Assembly (NCBI GenBank): GCA_013166775.1
Contig: JABLTJ010000030.1
Location: forward strand, 1 to 42,208
Direction: 5' to 3'
Source: Promethearchaeati archaeon
Lineage (GTDB): Archaea; Asgardarchaeota; Heimdallarchaeia; Heimdallarchaeales; Heimdallarchaeaceae
Length of the DNA: 42,208 nucleotides
Below, piece after piece: positions 9,190-18,236 of the stretch (the stretch's first letter is position 1; every line of letters begins with the position of its first letter). Made by a program: the position numbers and the translations under genes. The notes under the pieces are model-generated. The model saw nothing but the letters and a program-made list of their open reading frames with translations. It was not told the DNA's origin and ran no database searches.

Positions 9190-10377
9190 CTATTCTTTGG
9201 TCATAAGTGCTATTTTTTTTGCAAGTTCTTTAGCTTGCATTAATACTTCTTTAGTAGCTGATCCTCTAAATTCAAGAAGTGGTTCTATTACTTCCCAATC
9301 TAGTTCTTTTAGTTGCTCTGCAGCTTGGTGTAAAGCTCTGCCACTCCACATAGAGGAACCAAAGAAACCAACTATTCTTTCTCTGAGGTTTTTCCTCTTC
9401 ATAAGATGGAGATAGTATGATGCACCTAAGAAAGGTCCGCCATCATATGTTGGAATTCCTAAAATAACTGCTTTATTTTTCCATGATTCTTTCAATAGAT
9501 AACTTAAATGGTGTCTTGAAAATTCCAGAACAGTAACTGGTACTCCTGCTTCCTTTACCCCCTCCACAACATATTCCACAACTTGTTTAGTATTTCCATA
9601 CATAGAACCCCAAATAACTGCAACACCAGGTTGTGCTTTTCTTGCAGACAAATCGATGTAAAGATCTATAATACGTTTAGGATTTTTTCTCCACACTATT
9701 CCATGAGCTGGAGCAATCATCTTTATTTCGAGACCTGACAATTTATCCATAGCTTTTTGTACATATTTAACATATTTCGCCACAATATTACTGAAGTATC
9801 TAATTGTTTCTTCAAAATATTCATCAGGATTTACTTCATCATCAAATATTCCAACATCTAGGGCTTTATATGATCCAAATGCATCACATGAAAAAAGAAT
9901 CTGGTCTTTTGTATCATACGTTACCATTGTTTCTGGCCAATGAACCAATGGATCCATATAGAAAACTAGCTCTCTACCTCCTAAATCAAGCTTTTCTCCT
10001 TCACCTACAACAATAATATTTTCTGTTATTTTGTATAGATAGTCTGTCATATCTTTAGCTTTCTTTGAGCAGATAATAACTGCTTGTGGAGCTTTTTCTA
10101 ATAATCTTAAAAGAGAACCACTATGATCTGGTTCAAGATGATTTAATACTATATAATCAATTTTATCAAAGGACGTAACTTTTTCAATATTATTTAGAAA
10201 TTCATCAACAAAAAGAATTTTCACTGTATCAATTATAGCAGTTTTTTCCCCTTGTACAATATAACTGTTGTAACTTACACCTTCAGGTATAGGCCATAAT
10301 CCTTCAAATAATTCTGTTTCATAATCATTTACGCCTATGTAACAAACTCCTTCTGTTATTCTTTTCATATTGCACAC
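9190..10377 (-). CDS. fprA: Flavodiiron protein (FprA, type A flavoprotein); start may be the ATG at 10368
   Basis: GVSYNSY, HLEPDHSG, HWPETM, SCDAFG, APAHG, flavodoxin SMYGNT and W-SG motifs. Confidence 0.96.
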   Translation of the reverse strand: MCNMKRITEGVCYIGVNDYETELFEGLWPIPEGVSYNSYIVQGEKTAIIDTVKILFVDEFLNNIEKVTSFDKIDYIVLNHLEPDHSGSLLRLLEKAPQAVIICSKKAKDMTDYLYKITENIIVVGEGEKLDLGGRELVFYMDPLVHWPETMVTYDTKDQILFSCDAFGSYKALDVGIFDDEVNPDEYFEETIRYFSNIVAKYVKYVQKAMDKLSGLEIKMIAPAHGIVWRKNPKRIIDLYIDLSARKAQPGVAVIWGSMYGNTKQVVEYVVEGVKEAGVPVTVLEFSRHHLSYLLKESWKNKAVILGIPTYDGGPFLGASYYLHLMKRKNLRERIVGFFGSSMWSGRALHQAAEQLKELDWEVIEPLLEFRGSATKEVLMQAKELAKKIALMTKE

Positions 10378-10406
10378 ACTCGTTTATTTGTTTCTTCTTA
10401 AAATTA

Positions 10407-10432
10407 TGATTGAAATCAGAAACTTTCAATCA
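10407..10432. promoter_or_regulatory. Perfect 9-bp inverted repeat (candidate operator) between divergent fprA and the radA-like gene
   Basis: TGATTGAAA-N8-TTTCAATCA. Confidence 0.45.
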
Positions 10433-10525
10433 ATCAATTTTCACTCTACTAGTTGATATAAAAATTTTAGTACCTATCGATTAATTCCATAACTTACAGA
10501 TTCTATCATATTAGACAAAAGACTT

Positions 10526-11506
10526 ATGAGCAGAGTAAACATTAAATCAACTATAAAAATGCAAATTGAAGGAATCAAAAAAGTTATTATTGAGAAACTG
10601 GAAAAAGCTGGTTTCACAATTGAGAGTTTAGCTATTTCCACATCAGATGAGATAATCTCCAAAGTTGAAATCAAAGAAAAGGAAGCTATTGATATTATTC
10701 AGAAAGCTCAAAACGCTCTAGGTGTTCAACCTCTTACAGCACTTAAATTTCTAGAATTGGAGAGTAAGAGAGGAAAAATTACTACTACTTCTAATGAGCT
10801 AGATGGTATCTTAGGTGGAGGAATCTGGACACAAGAATTAACTGAAATTGCAGGAGGATTTGGTTCGGGAAAAACTCAATTATGTTTCCAGCTTTGTATC
10901 AATGTTCAATTACCTAAAGAGGAAGGAGGATTAGATGGCAATGCATTTTTCATAGATACAGAAAGGACATTTTCTCCAAGAAGAATTGTTGAGATGGCAA
11001 GTTACAGGGAATTAGACGTTGAGAGCATTCTAAATAACATCTACATTGGTTCAGCACTAAACACAAGTCATCTCTTCAGTATAGTCGAACAACTGAACGA
11101 CACAATTCCAGAGAAAAATATCAAATTACTCGTTGTAGATTCTTTCGCATCTCATTTTCGTTCCGAATACATTGGAAAAGGACGTCTTGTTGAAAGACAA
11201 CAAAGGATAATGCAAATCGCTGAACAATTAATAGCTCTTGCAGTAAAGTATGATATAGCAGTAGTAGTCACGAACCAAATTATTGCAAATGTAGAAGAGT
11301 TTCTTTTTGGAAGTCCAGAAGAACCGGCATTAGGATTTGCATGGGCCCATAGACCTCAACAAAGGTTATTCTTACGAAAATCGCGTGGAAGTTCAAGAAT
11401 AGCAAGACTTTTTGATAGTTCTAGAATGCCTGAGAGGGAAGCACTATTCTATGTTACAGAAAGTGGTATAACTGATGCTCCATTCCCTACAGAGTTCTAT
11501 AGTTAA
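10526..11506 (+). CDS. radA: RadA/Rad51-family recombinase, divergent paralog
   Basis: N-terminal HhH-like domain, LDGILGGG, Walker A GGFGSGKT, FIDTERTF, Walker B LLVVDS, SHFRSEY, TNQ; the FxxA and L2 motifs are altered. Confidence 0.9.
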   Translation: MSRVNIKSTIKMQIEGIKKVIIEKLEKAGFTIESLAISTSDEIISKVEIKEKEAIDIIQKAQNALGVQPLTALKFLELESKRGKITTTSNELDGILGGGIWTQELTEIAGGFGSGKTQLCFQLCINVQLPKEEGGLDGNAFFIDTERTFSPRRIVEMASYRELDVESILNNIYIGSALNTSHLFSIVEQLNDTIPEKNIKLLVVDSFASHFRSEYIGKGRLVERQQRIMQIAEQLIALAVKYDIAVVVTNQIIANVEEFLFGSPEEPALGFAWAHRPQQRLFLRKSRGSSRIARLFDSSRMPEREALFYVTESGITDAPFPTEFYS

Positions 11507-11526
11507 TATAAAGAAACAGAATATTA

Positions 11527-11811
11527 TCATTCAGCTGTTGTTGAATAGACTTTGGTTCTTCTTGAGCTGATGATTCTCTTAACGATGTTATTAGCTTCTG
11601 CTTCTAGAAGTATCTTTTTTGCTGTACTTACTCGGATACTATATTTATCAGCAAGGTATGAAGGTGTAATGCCTTTAGCTCGTTTTAATTCATCGTCGAT
11701 TTTCTTCTTTGTATCTTCATCTGGAACAAGATCTCTTATTACTGGAATGAATTCAACAACTAATCCGAATTTCTTCTTCTTCCTAACTACTTTGCGTTCT
11801 TGTGCTGACAT
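11527..11811 (-). CDS. rps25e: Ribosomal protein eS25 (S25e)
   Basis: Basic N-terminus, ITPSYLADKYSIRVSTAKKIL winged-helix, ...RRTKVY. Confidence 0.88.
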   Translation of the reverse strand: MSAQERKVVRKKKKFGLVVEFIPVIRDLVPDEDTKKKIDDELKRAKGITPSYLADKYSIRVSTAKKILLEAEANNIVKRIISSRRTKVYSTTAE

Positions 11812-11931
11812 TATTCTCGATTTTGGGTTTAAATTCTTGTTTTTAAGTTATTCGATTGGCTAGGTTTTTGGATATTAATTATCTAAATTTCAATACCACA
11901 ATCTTGATAATATTAAGAACAAAGAGGACTT

Positions 11932-12924
11932 ATGGAAAAATTAGAGATTCTGTTGGACACATTGAAAGGTCAGAATTCTGAACGCGCTTTGTTTAGTTTA
12001 TGGAAACATTTTCCTTATGATGATAGAGATCCGATCAAATTAGCAGAAACTCATGTTAAATTTTATCATCGTCATGACTTTGATTTGATGAAAATATCTC
12101 CCCACGGTCGTTATCCTGTTGTTGATTTTGGATGCAAGGTTGATGAAGAATATGATTCTATTACTGGAAGCACTAGATGCAAAGAATGCACAATAAAGAC
12201 TCTTCAAGATTGGGAGGTATTAGAGCCAGTAGACACTAGTGAGGGTGAATTTGGAAAGCAATTACAATCAGTAAAGCAGATTCATAAGGAACTTGAATTT
12301 CTTCCTAAAATGATGACTGTGTTTTCTCCTTTGATGGTTGCATCAAAAATGGATAATAATCTTGTAAAAAATCTTAGAGAAAAACCTGATACCATGATGG
12401 ATGCATTGCACACTCTTCAAGACACTATGGTAGAATTTGCCCTCTCTTCATTAGATGAAGGAGCAGAAGGTATTTTTCTTGCATCTCAACATCTAAGAAA
12501 GACAAAATTAAATTGGGATGAAGTTGGAAAGTTTGAAGTTTCTTTTCTTAAGAAAATTATAAATCAACTCAAGAAAAAAGCTGATTTTATGGTTCTTCAT
12601 GTCCATGGTCAAGAAATAAAATTCAAAGAAGCTTCAGAACAGCTTAATGTTGATGCACTAAATTGGCATGACCAACTAACATGGCCATCGATGAAGGAAG
12701 CAGCAGAGATGTTTGATAAAGGATTATTTGCAGGTATTGATGAAACGCAAACACTTGTTGATGGAGATGTTCCAAATATTGTCAAAAATATCCAAAATGC
12801 TATTAAGGTTTCAGAGGAAAATGAGAGAAGAATAATAATAGCACCTGGTTGTGTGATTCCAATAACAGCTTCAGACAAATCCATTGATGCTATTTCAAAC
12901 GTATTCAAAAATCTTAGAAAATAG
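11932..12924 (+). CDS. Uroporphyrinogen decarboxylase (URO-D/MtaA)-superfamily protein
   Basis: WKHF, TVFSPL, GAEGIFLA, VLHVHG, LNWHD, AGIDE, IIAPGCVIP. Confidence 0.85.
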   Translation: MEKLEILLDTLKGQNSERALFSLWKHFPYDDRDPIKLAETHVKFYHRHDFDLMKISPHGRYPVVDFGCKVDEEYDSITGSTRCKECTIKTLQDWEVLEPVDTSEGEFGKQLQSVKQIHKELEFLPKMMTVFSPLMVASKMDNNLVKNLREKPDTMMDALHTLQDTMVEFALSSLDEGAEGIFLASQHLRKTKLNWDEVGKFEVSFLKKIINQLKKKADFMVLHVHGQEIKFKEASEQLNVDALNWHDQLTWPSMKEAAEMFDKGLFAGIDETQTLVDGDVPNIVKNIQNAIKVSEENERRIIIAPGCVIPITASDKSIDAISNVFKNLRK

Positions 12925-12933
12925 GTGCATTAA

Positions 12934-13587
12934 ATGAATGAGGAAGAACAGAAAACAGCTGTAATTTCAAGGAAACCAACAAGATTTGGTTGGAAAGATT
13001 TCATCCTAAATTTATGTTTTAGTTCAATCATGATAGTAAGTATTTATTTCTTTGATATAAGAGAAAGACCTGAAGATCTTGTTATTTTAGCTACTAGCAT
13101 TGTAGTTACTGTTCTTCCTTTACTTCTTTTTTCAGTAAGAGTATTCCATGAACTATCTTATGGAAGAGATTACATTGAAATTAGAGGAGATGTGCTTAAA
13201 TATCGCTCATCACCCCTTTTAACAACAGGTTTGCGTTTGAAAAAAGGTGAGATTACTCTAAGGGAAATAAGGAAGTATGGATTATCGAAAATACCTCGAA
13301 AATTATCTTTAGATCTCTGGAAACATAAGAAAAAAGCTATGCTTGTAATCTCCCTTAAGAGCGGTAAAGAACATTTCATTGGTGAGTATATAGACAATGA
13401 TGACTTAGCTGAAATTTGTGTTCATATACAGAACATCTACCCAAAAGCTAAACTAATCACAAACCTTTCTGAAGACTACCCAGAGCTTGCTAAAAAACAT
13501 GCAAAATTAGAAACAGCAAAGAAATTAAAGAAACTTGAAGAAGAAGAAGAAGAGGAACCAGAAGGTGCAGGATTTAGACGAAGGTAG
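12934..13587 (+). CDS. Two-TM membrane protein with a probable PH-like cytosolic domain and an acidic tail
   Basis: Two hydrophobic segments (aa ~22-40 and ~50-69) followed by a beta-rich region ending in a helix (LVISLKSGKEHFIGEYIDNDDLAEICVHI); SD GGTG upstream. Confidence 0.6.
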   Translation: MNEEEQKTAVISRKPTRFGWKDFILNLCFSSIMIVSIYFFDIRERPEDLVILATSIVVTVLPLLLFSVRVFHELSYGRDYIEIRGDVLKYRSSPLLTTGLRLKKGEITLREIRKYGLSKIPRKLSLDLWKHKKKAMLVISLKSGKEHFIGEYIDNDDLAEICVHIQNIYPKAKLITNLSEDYPELAKKHAKLETAKKLKKLEEEEEEEPEGAGFRRR

Positions 13588-13635
13588 GGAAAGTATCTCA
13601 ATTCTTATTAATGAAATTCAATAGAGAAATAATAG

Positions 13636-14700
13636 ATGGCACTTATACGAACTGATAATTTTTCAACAACAAAGGGTAATATTGCTGTATTAGAATTTGG
13701 ATCTACTATTCAAAATATAGTTGTGATAGATCCTTCTCATCCAGAAGAACCTTTGAGATTTGAACGTTTTTATCTTCCATTAAGAACCAGAGTATCAGAA
13801 TTAGAAGGTACATTGAAAACACTTCTTCGTTCTTATGCAGATTATAAGATAAGAAAATTCATCTTAACAATAACTAGTTCGTTTTTCTCTTCACCAAAAG
13901 AAACTGTTGAGTATGTAGTCGATTCTGTTACCAAGTTTATTCTACCTGCAAATATAGTATGTTATACAATTGACGGTAATTTCATTTCAGTAGAAGCTGC
14001 TTTAAGAGTCCCACATAAAATAGTATCTGCAGGATGGAAAGCACTTGGCTTGGGTATCTGGAATCTAATTCAGAAAGATGCATTAATCGTGGATTTCTCT
14101 ACTAGGACAACAAGCTTCATTCCATTAAAAGAGGGAAGAATACAATCGCTATCACTATCTGATTATGAAAGAATCAAGAACAATGAGATTCTCTATTTTG
14201 GTCTACTAGAGACTAATGCAGCATTCATTCAACCAAATCTTGAATATGATGGAAACATTTACAATTTACCCTTTGAAACGTACTCTCAAACAGCTGATAT
14301 CTTTCTGATAACTGAAGATCTACATACCACAGATTATATTGTTGACACTTCTGATAAGAAAGCTAAATTTAAGGAAGATTCATTAAATAGACTCAAAAAT
14401 ATGTTGCGTATCACTGATGATTCCTTTGATGATTATGAGTTAATTAAGATCGCCCACTTACTCAAAACAAAGTTGCTAGAGAAGATAAATCAGAATATTA
14501 GAAGAAAGTTATTTGAGAACGAACTCAAAGTAATTATTCTAACGGGAATAGGTTCGAATATACTTTACCAATATCTTAAAAACAAGAATGAATACGACGA
14601 AATTATTCAGGCAACAGATGTTATACGAACAGCAGAAATTAATCCCTCCTTCTGTTTAGCGTATCTTTATGCATCACAGAAGATGATGACAGATGGCTGA
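13636..14700 (+). CDS. MfnF-like / H4MPT-linked C1-transfer (hydantoinase A, ASKHA fold) protein with degenerate catalytic motifs
   Basis: Colinear with the family pattern: YLPL, VSAGWKAL (cf. SANW), LIVDFSTRTTSFIPL (cf. VDIGSTTTDIIP), SDYERI...EILYFGLLET (cf. DxxRL...ELVYxGxxRT), TADIF, DYIVDTSD, ILTGIG. Confidence 0.7.
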   Translation: MALIRTDNFSTTKGNIAVLEFGSTIQNIVVIDPSHPEEPLRFERFYLPLRTRVSELEGTLKTLLRSYADYKIRKFILTITSSFFSSPKETVEYVVDSVTKFILPANIVCYTIDGNFISVEAALRVPHKIVSAGWKALGLGIWNLIQKDALIVDFSTRTTSFIPLKEGRIQSLSLSDYERIKNNEILYFGLLETNAAFIQPNLEYDGNIYNLPFETYSQTADIFLITEDLHTTDYIVDTSDKKAKFKEDSLNRLKNMLRITDDSFDDYELIKIAHLLKTKLLEKINQNIRRKLFENELKVIILTGIGSNILYQYLKNKNEYDEIIQATDVIRTAEINPSFCLAYLYASQKMMTDG

Positions 14701-15931
14701 AAGAGCAGATCTTAGAAACAGAATTAACGTGATGTTATTTCATTTTGATCAAAGGCTTGGCCCTAGGTTATTGTTTAATGTTGCAGAGATACAAGATGAA
14801 AGAATAACTGCTTCACTAACCAGATTAATGGATTTCAATTTTTTGGAAGAGCATAGAGCTTTTGTCAATGCAATGGCTAACGTTGTATATTCAAGTATGT
14901 TTTTCTCTATCCCTAATCCCCTAGCTCGTGGAGGAGCAGAACAATTTATGCTTTCCTTTGTTATTTTTGATCCAACTATTACAGAATATCTAACAATTTC
15001 TTCATTAGAAGAAGAAATGTCGAAGACCATAAGCAAACTAATCGAACTTTCTGAAATGTTCATAATAATCACTTACTCCAAACCTATTCTAGATGATTTT
15101 CCTGAAGTTGATAATTGCTTAAGCTCGTTAAGAAACAATGCAATCAATATCTTTCAAGAGCTTTTCTACGGTCAATTCGAAGGGAGAAAAGATGCAATTT
15201 CTCAAATATTAGGGAAAATTGGCTATGAAGCTGGAAAAGCAATTTTGTCAAGATTAAAACCAGAACATTCTGATTCGTCTAGAACCTATTTGGATGCGAT
15301 ATTAAGATCTCCTACTGTAAATAGATGGGGTGTCATCAATATACTTCACTTTGATCCTGATGAAAAGGTTGCAACTGTTTCTCTCAAAAACTCTATTTGG
15401 ACCGATTCTCTTGGTGTAATAGCTACAAAAGCTTGTGCATATATAGAGGGGATGCTTGAAGCTATTTTCAGTCAAATTCTAGGAGAACCTATTGTTAGTA
15501 ATGAAATGAGATGTGCAGGAGAATACAGCTATGTCCAAGATTGTATTTTTCAGATTGCACCAAGAGGTGTGAATAGGGAAACAATTTCCTACAGAGAAGA
15601 TCAAACAATTCGAGAGATGGGAATCAGTGATAGGAAAGAAACAATTAATCTAATTAAGCAAGATATTGGAGAACAAATTTATCAGGATTTAGATCCCATG
15701 ATTAAGCTAATTCAATTATTCAACAAAGCTCCTTTTATCTCAGATTTCTTTTTTGATGAAACAAAATTCCTTGTAGTTTGTAATTATTGGAGATATCCTG
15801 ATGAAATAATCTGCAATTCTTGTGAGAAATGGTTGAAAAAATCAAGTCAGGTTCAAGTTAATTTAACAAAAAGCAAACACAGAATTTGTGAAATAACTTA
15901 CGAAACTGAAGAGGAAAAAATTGAAAAATAA
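14693..15931 (+). CDS. Folliculin/SMCR8-like longin (uDENN) domain fused to a V4R domain and a Cys-containing C-terminal domain
   Basis: N-terminal LFHFDQRLGPRLLF ... FFSIPNPLARGG..FMLSF; V4R pattern IGYEAGK...WG.I.I...V.L.NS.W...CAYIEGML.AIFS.ILG...EMRC...CIFQI; overlaps the upstream gene by 8 nt. Confidence 0.75.
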   Translation: MAERADLRNRINVMLFHFDQRLGPRLLFNVAEIQDERITASLTRLMDFNFLEEHRAFVNAMANVVYSSMFFSIPNPLARGGAEQFMLSFVIFDPTITEYLTISSLEEEMSKTISKLIELSEMFIIITYSKPILDDFPEVDNCLSSLRNNAINIFQELFYGQFEGRKDAISQILGKIGYEAGKAILSRLKPEHSDSSRTYLDAILRSPTVNRWGVINILHFDPDEKVATVSLKNSIWTDSLGVIATKACAYIEGMLEAIFSQILGEPIVSNEMRCAGEYSYVQDCIFQIAPRGVNRETISYREDQTIREMGISDRKETINLIKQDIGEQIYQDLDPMIKLIQLFNKAPFISDFFFDETKFLVVCNYWRYPDEIICNSCEKWLKKSSQVQVNLTKSKHRICEITYETEEEKIEK

Positions 15932-15990
15932 TTTTGCAAAAAATTGTTACGAATACTCTCCAAAACTTTTTATCTTAGTTAAATTGAGAT

Positions 15991-17538
15991 ATGCTGCTTG
16001 CTATGAAATATGATGTCAATGATTCTTCTGTAAATGCAGAGGATGAAACTGTAGCCTCAGAACTTCAAGAGCCTGACAAACCTCCATCATCTAAAGAATT
16101 AAGCATAGCAGTTTTAATAACCTCAATTGGAGTGGGTATTTTCATAGCTTCAATTGATGGTACTATTACTAATGTTTCCCTTCCCGTAATAGCGAATGAT
16201 CTAGAAGTAGAACAGAATATTGCTCAGTGGGTAATTTTAGCTTACCTTTTAACCTTAATTGGCTTTACAGCTATTGCCGGTGATCTAGGAGATAGATTTA
16301 GTAATAAAATCATTTTACAAATCGGAACAGCGATTTTCGTTGTAGGATCTCTTTTTTGTGCATTGTCAACAACTTTGCTTTGGTTGGTTTTAGCAAGAAT
16401 ACTCCAAGCTTTAGGTGCTTGTTGTGGGATGGCAAATGGTACTGCAATAATTACAAGATTCACAACGAAGGAAAATAGAGGAACAGCATTAGGATTAAAC
16501 GCATTAATTATAGCAGCAGGTATCACAGTAGGACCCATTCTAGGTGGATTGTTAACAGATAAATTCGGATGGCCAAGTATATTCTACATAAACATACCAC
16601 TAGGGATAATTGGTTTAGCTTACGTGCAGTTTGCTATTCCAAAAACACCACCGATGCAAGAAGAAAGAAGAGAAGCAGATGTAATTGGTTCAGTAAGTTT
16701 CATGTTGTTTCTAACTCTATTGGTCTTCAGTTTAACGGTTTTTGTAGATGAGAACATTCCAAACCCAGAGATATGGGGAGGAATAGGTATAGCTACGAGC
16801 ATTGTTTTATTCGTTATATTCATCCTCTGGGAAAAGAGAACGAAGAAACCTATAATAGACCTTAATATGTTCAAGAACAGAAGATTCGCTTTTGGTATTC
16901 TAGCTGCTGTTTTAGCTTATCAAAGCTTGAATGTTATTTTCTACCAACTACCTTTCTATTTAAGAGAAATGCAAAATATGGAAATTATACAAATAGGATT
17001 GGTGATCATTGGAGCACCAGTTGGGATGGCTATCGTTGGACCTTTTGCTGGCAAACTTTCAGATAGAATAGATCCTAGACTAATAGCATCAATAGGGATG
17101 ATTGGAATTACGATTGATCTAATGCTATTAGCAATTTTCCTAAAAGAAGATACTTCATATTGGTTCTTTATAATAGCAGCACTTATTCTAGGGATGTCGC
17201 TAGGAGCGTTTATCTCACCAAATTCTAATTCCATTATGTCAGCAGCTCCAAAAGATAAATTAGGTGTTGCAGGTGGCCTTATGAATCTATCAACACAAGT
17301 TGGATTCAGCATAGGAACAGCTTTGTCAACTGCAGTATTCTTTATACTGAGAAACACTTTTCAAAGAAATAATGGATTACCAGCTAAGGATCCGATAAAT
17401 TACATCCCCGCTATGAAAATCATGTTTGCTATTTTTGTTGGCGTAGGAATATTAGCAGTGTTTGTATCATACCTTAGAGGTCCAGAAGAAGGGAAAAAAG
17501 AGCTAAAACTTAAATTTCTCAACAAAGATGAGAACTAA
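15991..17538 (+). CDS. MFS transporter, DHA2 (EmrB/QacA) family, 14 TM
   Basis: IDGTITNVSLP, GDLGDRF (motif A), LARILQALG, GPILGGLL...WPSIFYINIPLG, GKLSDR. Confidence 0.93.
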   Translation: MLLAMKYDVNDSSVNAEDETVASELQEPDKPPSSKELSIAVLITSIGVGIFIASIDGTITNVSLPVIANDLEVEQNIAQWVILAYLLTLIGFTAIAGDLGDRFSNKIILQIGTAIFVVGSLFCALSTTLLWLVLARILQALGACCGMANGTAIITRFTTKENRGTALGLNALIIAAGITVGPILGGLLTDKFGWPSIFYINIPLGIIGLAYVQFAIPKTPPMQEERREADVIGSVSFMLFLTLLVFSLTVFVDENIPNPEIWGGIGIATSIVLFVIFILWEKRTKKPIIDLNMFKNRRFAFGILAAVLAYQSLNVIFYQLPFYLREMQNMEIIQIGLVIIGAPVGMAIVGPFAGKLSDRIDPRLIASIGMIGITIDLMLLAIFLKEDTSYWFFIIAALILGMSLGAFISPNSNSIMSAAPKDKLGVAGGLMNLSTQVGFSIGTALSTAVFFILRNTFQRNNGLPAKDPINYIPAMKIMFAIFVGVGILAVFVSYLRGPEEGKKELKLKFLNKDEN

Positions 17539-17560
17539 AGAGGGAAGAAAAAATCGTCTA

Positions 17561-18193
17561 CTATAATTTCTTTTTAGCTATATATTCTATCATTCCTAAA
17601 TTATCTACCCATCCTTCATTTTTTAGCAAAATCCATTTTCTTATAGAGATGAAATCAAAATTTTCAAAATACATATCCGCTTCCCTATCTTCATAATACG
17701 AATGAAGGACGTCTTCACCAAATTCCTTTTGTAAGAACTCTCCTTTCTCCATTTCTTTTCCTTCCCCATACCCTACACAGTCATATGAAGGAAAATTAGT
17801 GAAGATTAAACCCCCAAGTATCAACACTCTTTCCATCTCTTGAATAGCTTTACCTACTTCTTTTTTACTCATATGAAAAATCGTGTGATGACTAAAAACA
17901 AAACTAAAGGATTCATCTTCATAAGGTAGCTCTTTCATATCTCCTTTGATAATATTAAAATCCATATTATTCTTCAGAGCAAATGCTTCTGCTCTTTCTA
18001 TTTGACTGTCTAAGATCTCTATACCATGAGTTTCATAACCTTCTACAAAGAAAATTGCCAGGGGAGGAGAACCACCACCTGCTCCACAATCAAGAATTTT
18101 TTTGGGTAAATTGCTTTTATTGCATTCGTTTAGAAAATCAAAAACGGGTGTATCTCTTCTGTGTAAACTCAACATAATAACACAAGAACTCAA
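17561..18193 (-). CDS. Class I SAM-dependent methyltransferase (start uncertain)
   Basis: ILDCGAGG, GDMKELPYEDESFSFVF, MERVLILGG. Confidence 0.9.
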   Translation of the reverse strand: MSSCVIMLSLHRRDTPVFDFLNECNKSNLPKKILDCGAGGGSPPLAIFFVEGYETHGIEILDSQIERAEAFALKNNMDFNIIKGDMKELPYEDESFSFVFSHHTIFHMSKKEVGKAIQEMERVLILGGLIFTNFPSYDCVGYGEGKEMEKGEFLQKEFGEDVLHSYYEDREADMYFENFDFISIRKWILLKNEGWVDNLGMIEYIAKKKL

Positions 18194-18236
18194 TTGACAC
18201 TTATGATTTTTTCTATGAAATTAAAGACTACTCTAA

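Noticed and set aside
11932-12924. Calling this gene hemE
   Set aside because: It lacks the HemE N-terminal W(F/M)MRQAGR signature; only superfamily membership is supported
14683-14700. ATGATGA...CTGA, a box C/box D-like pair at the gene overlap
   Set aside because: Only 7 nt apart, no convincing second box pair or guide, and fully explained by Met-Met codons and the stop/start overlap
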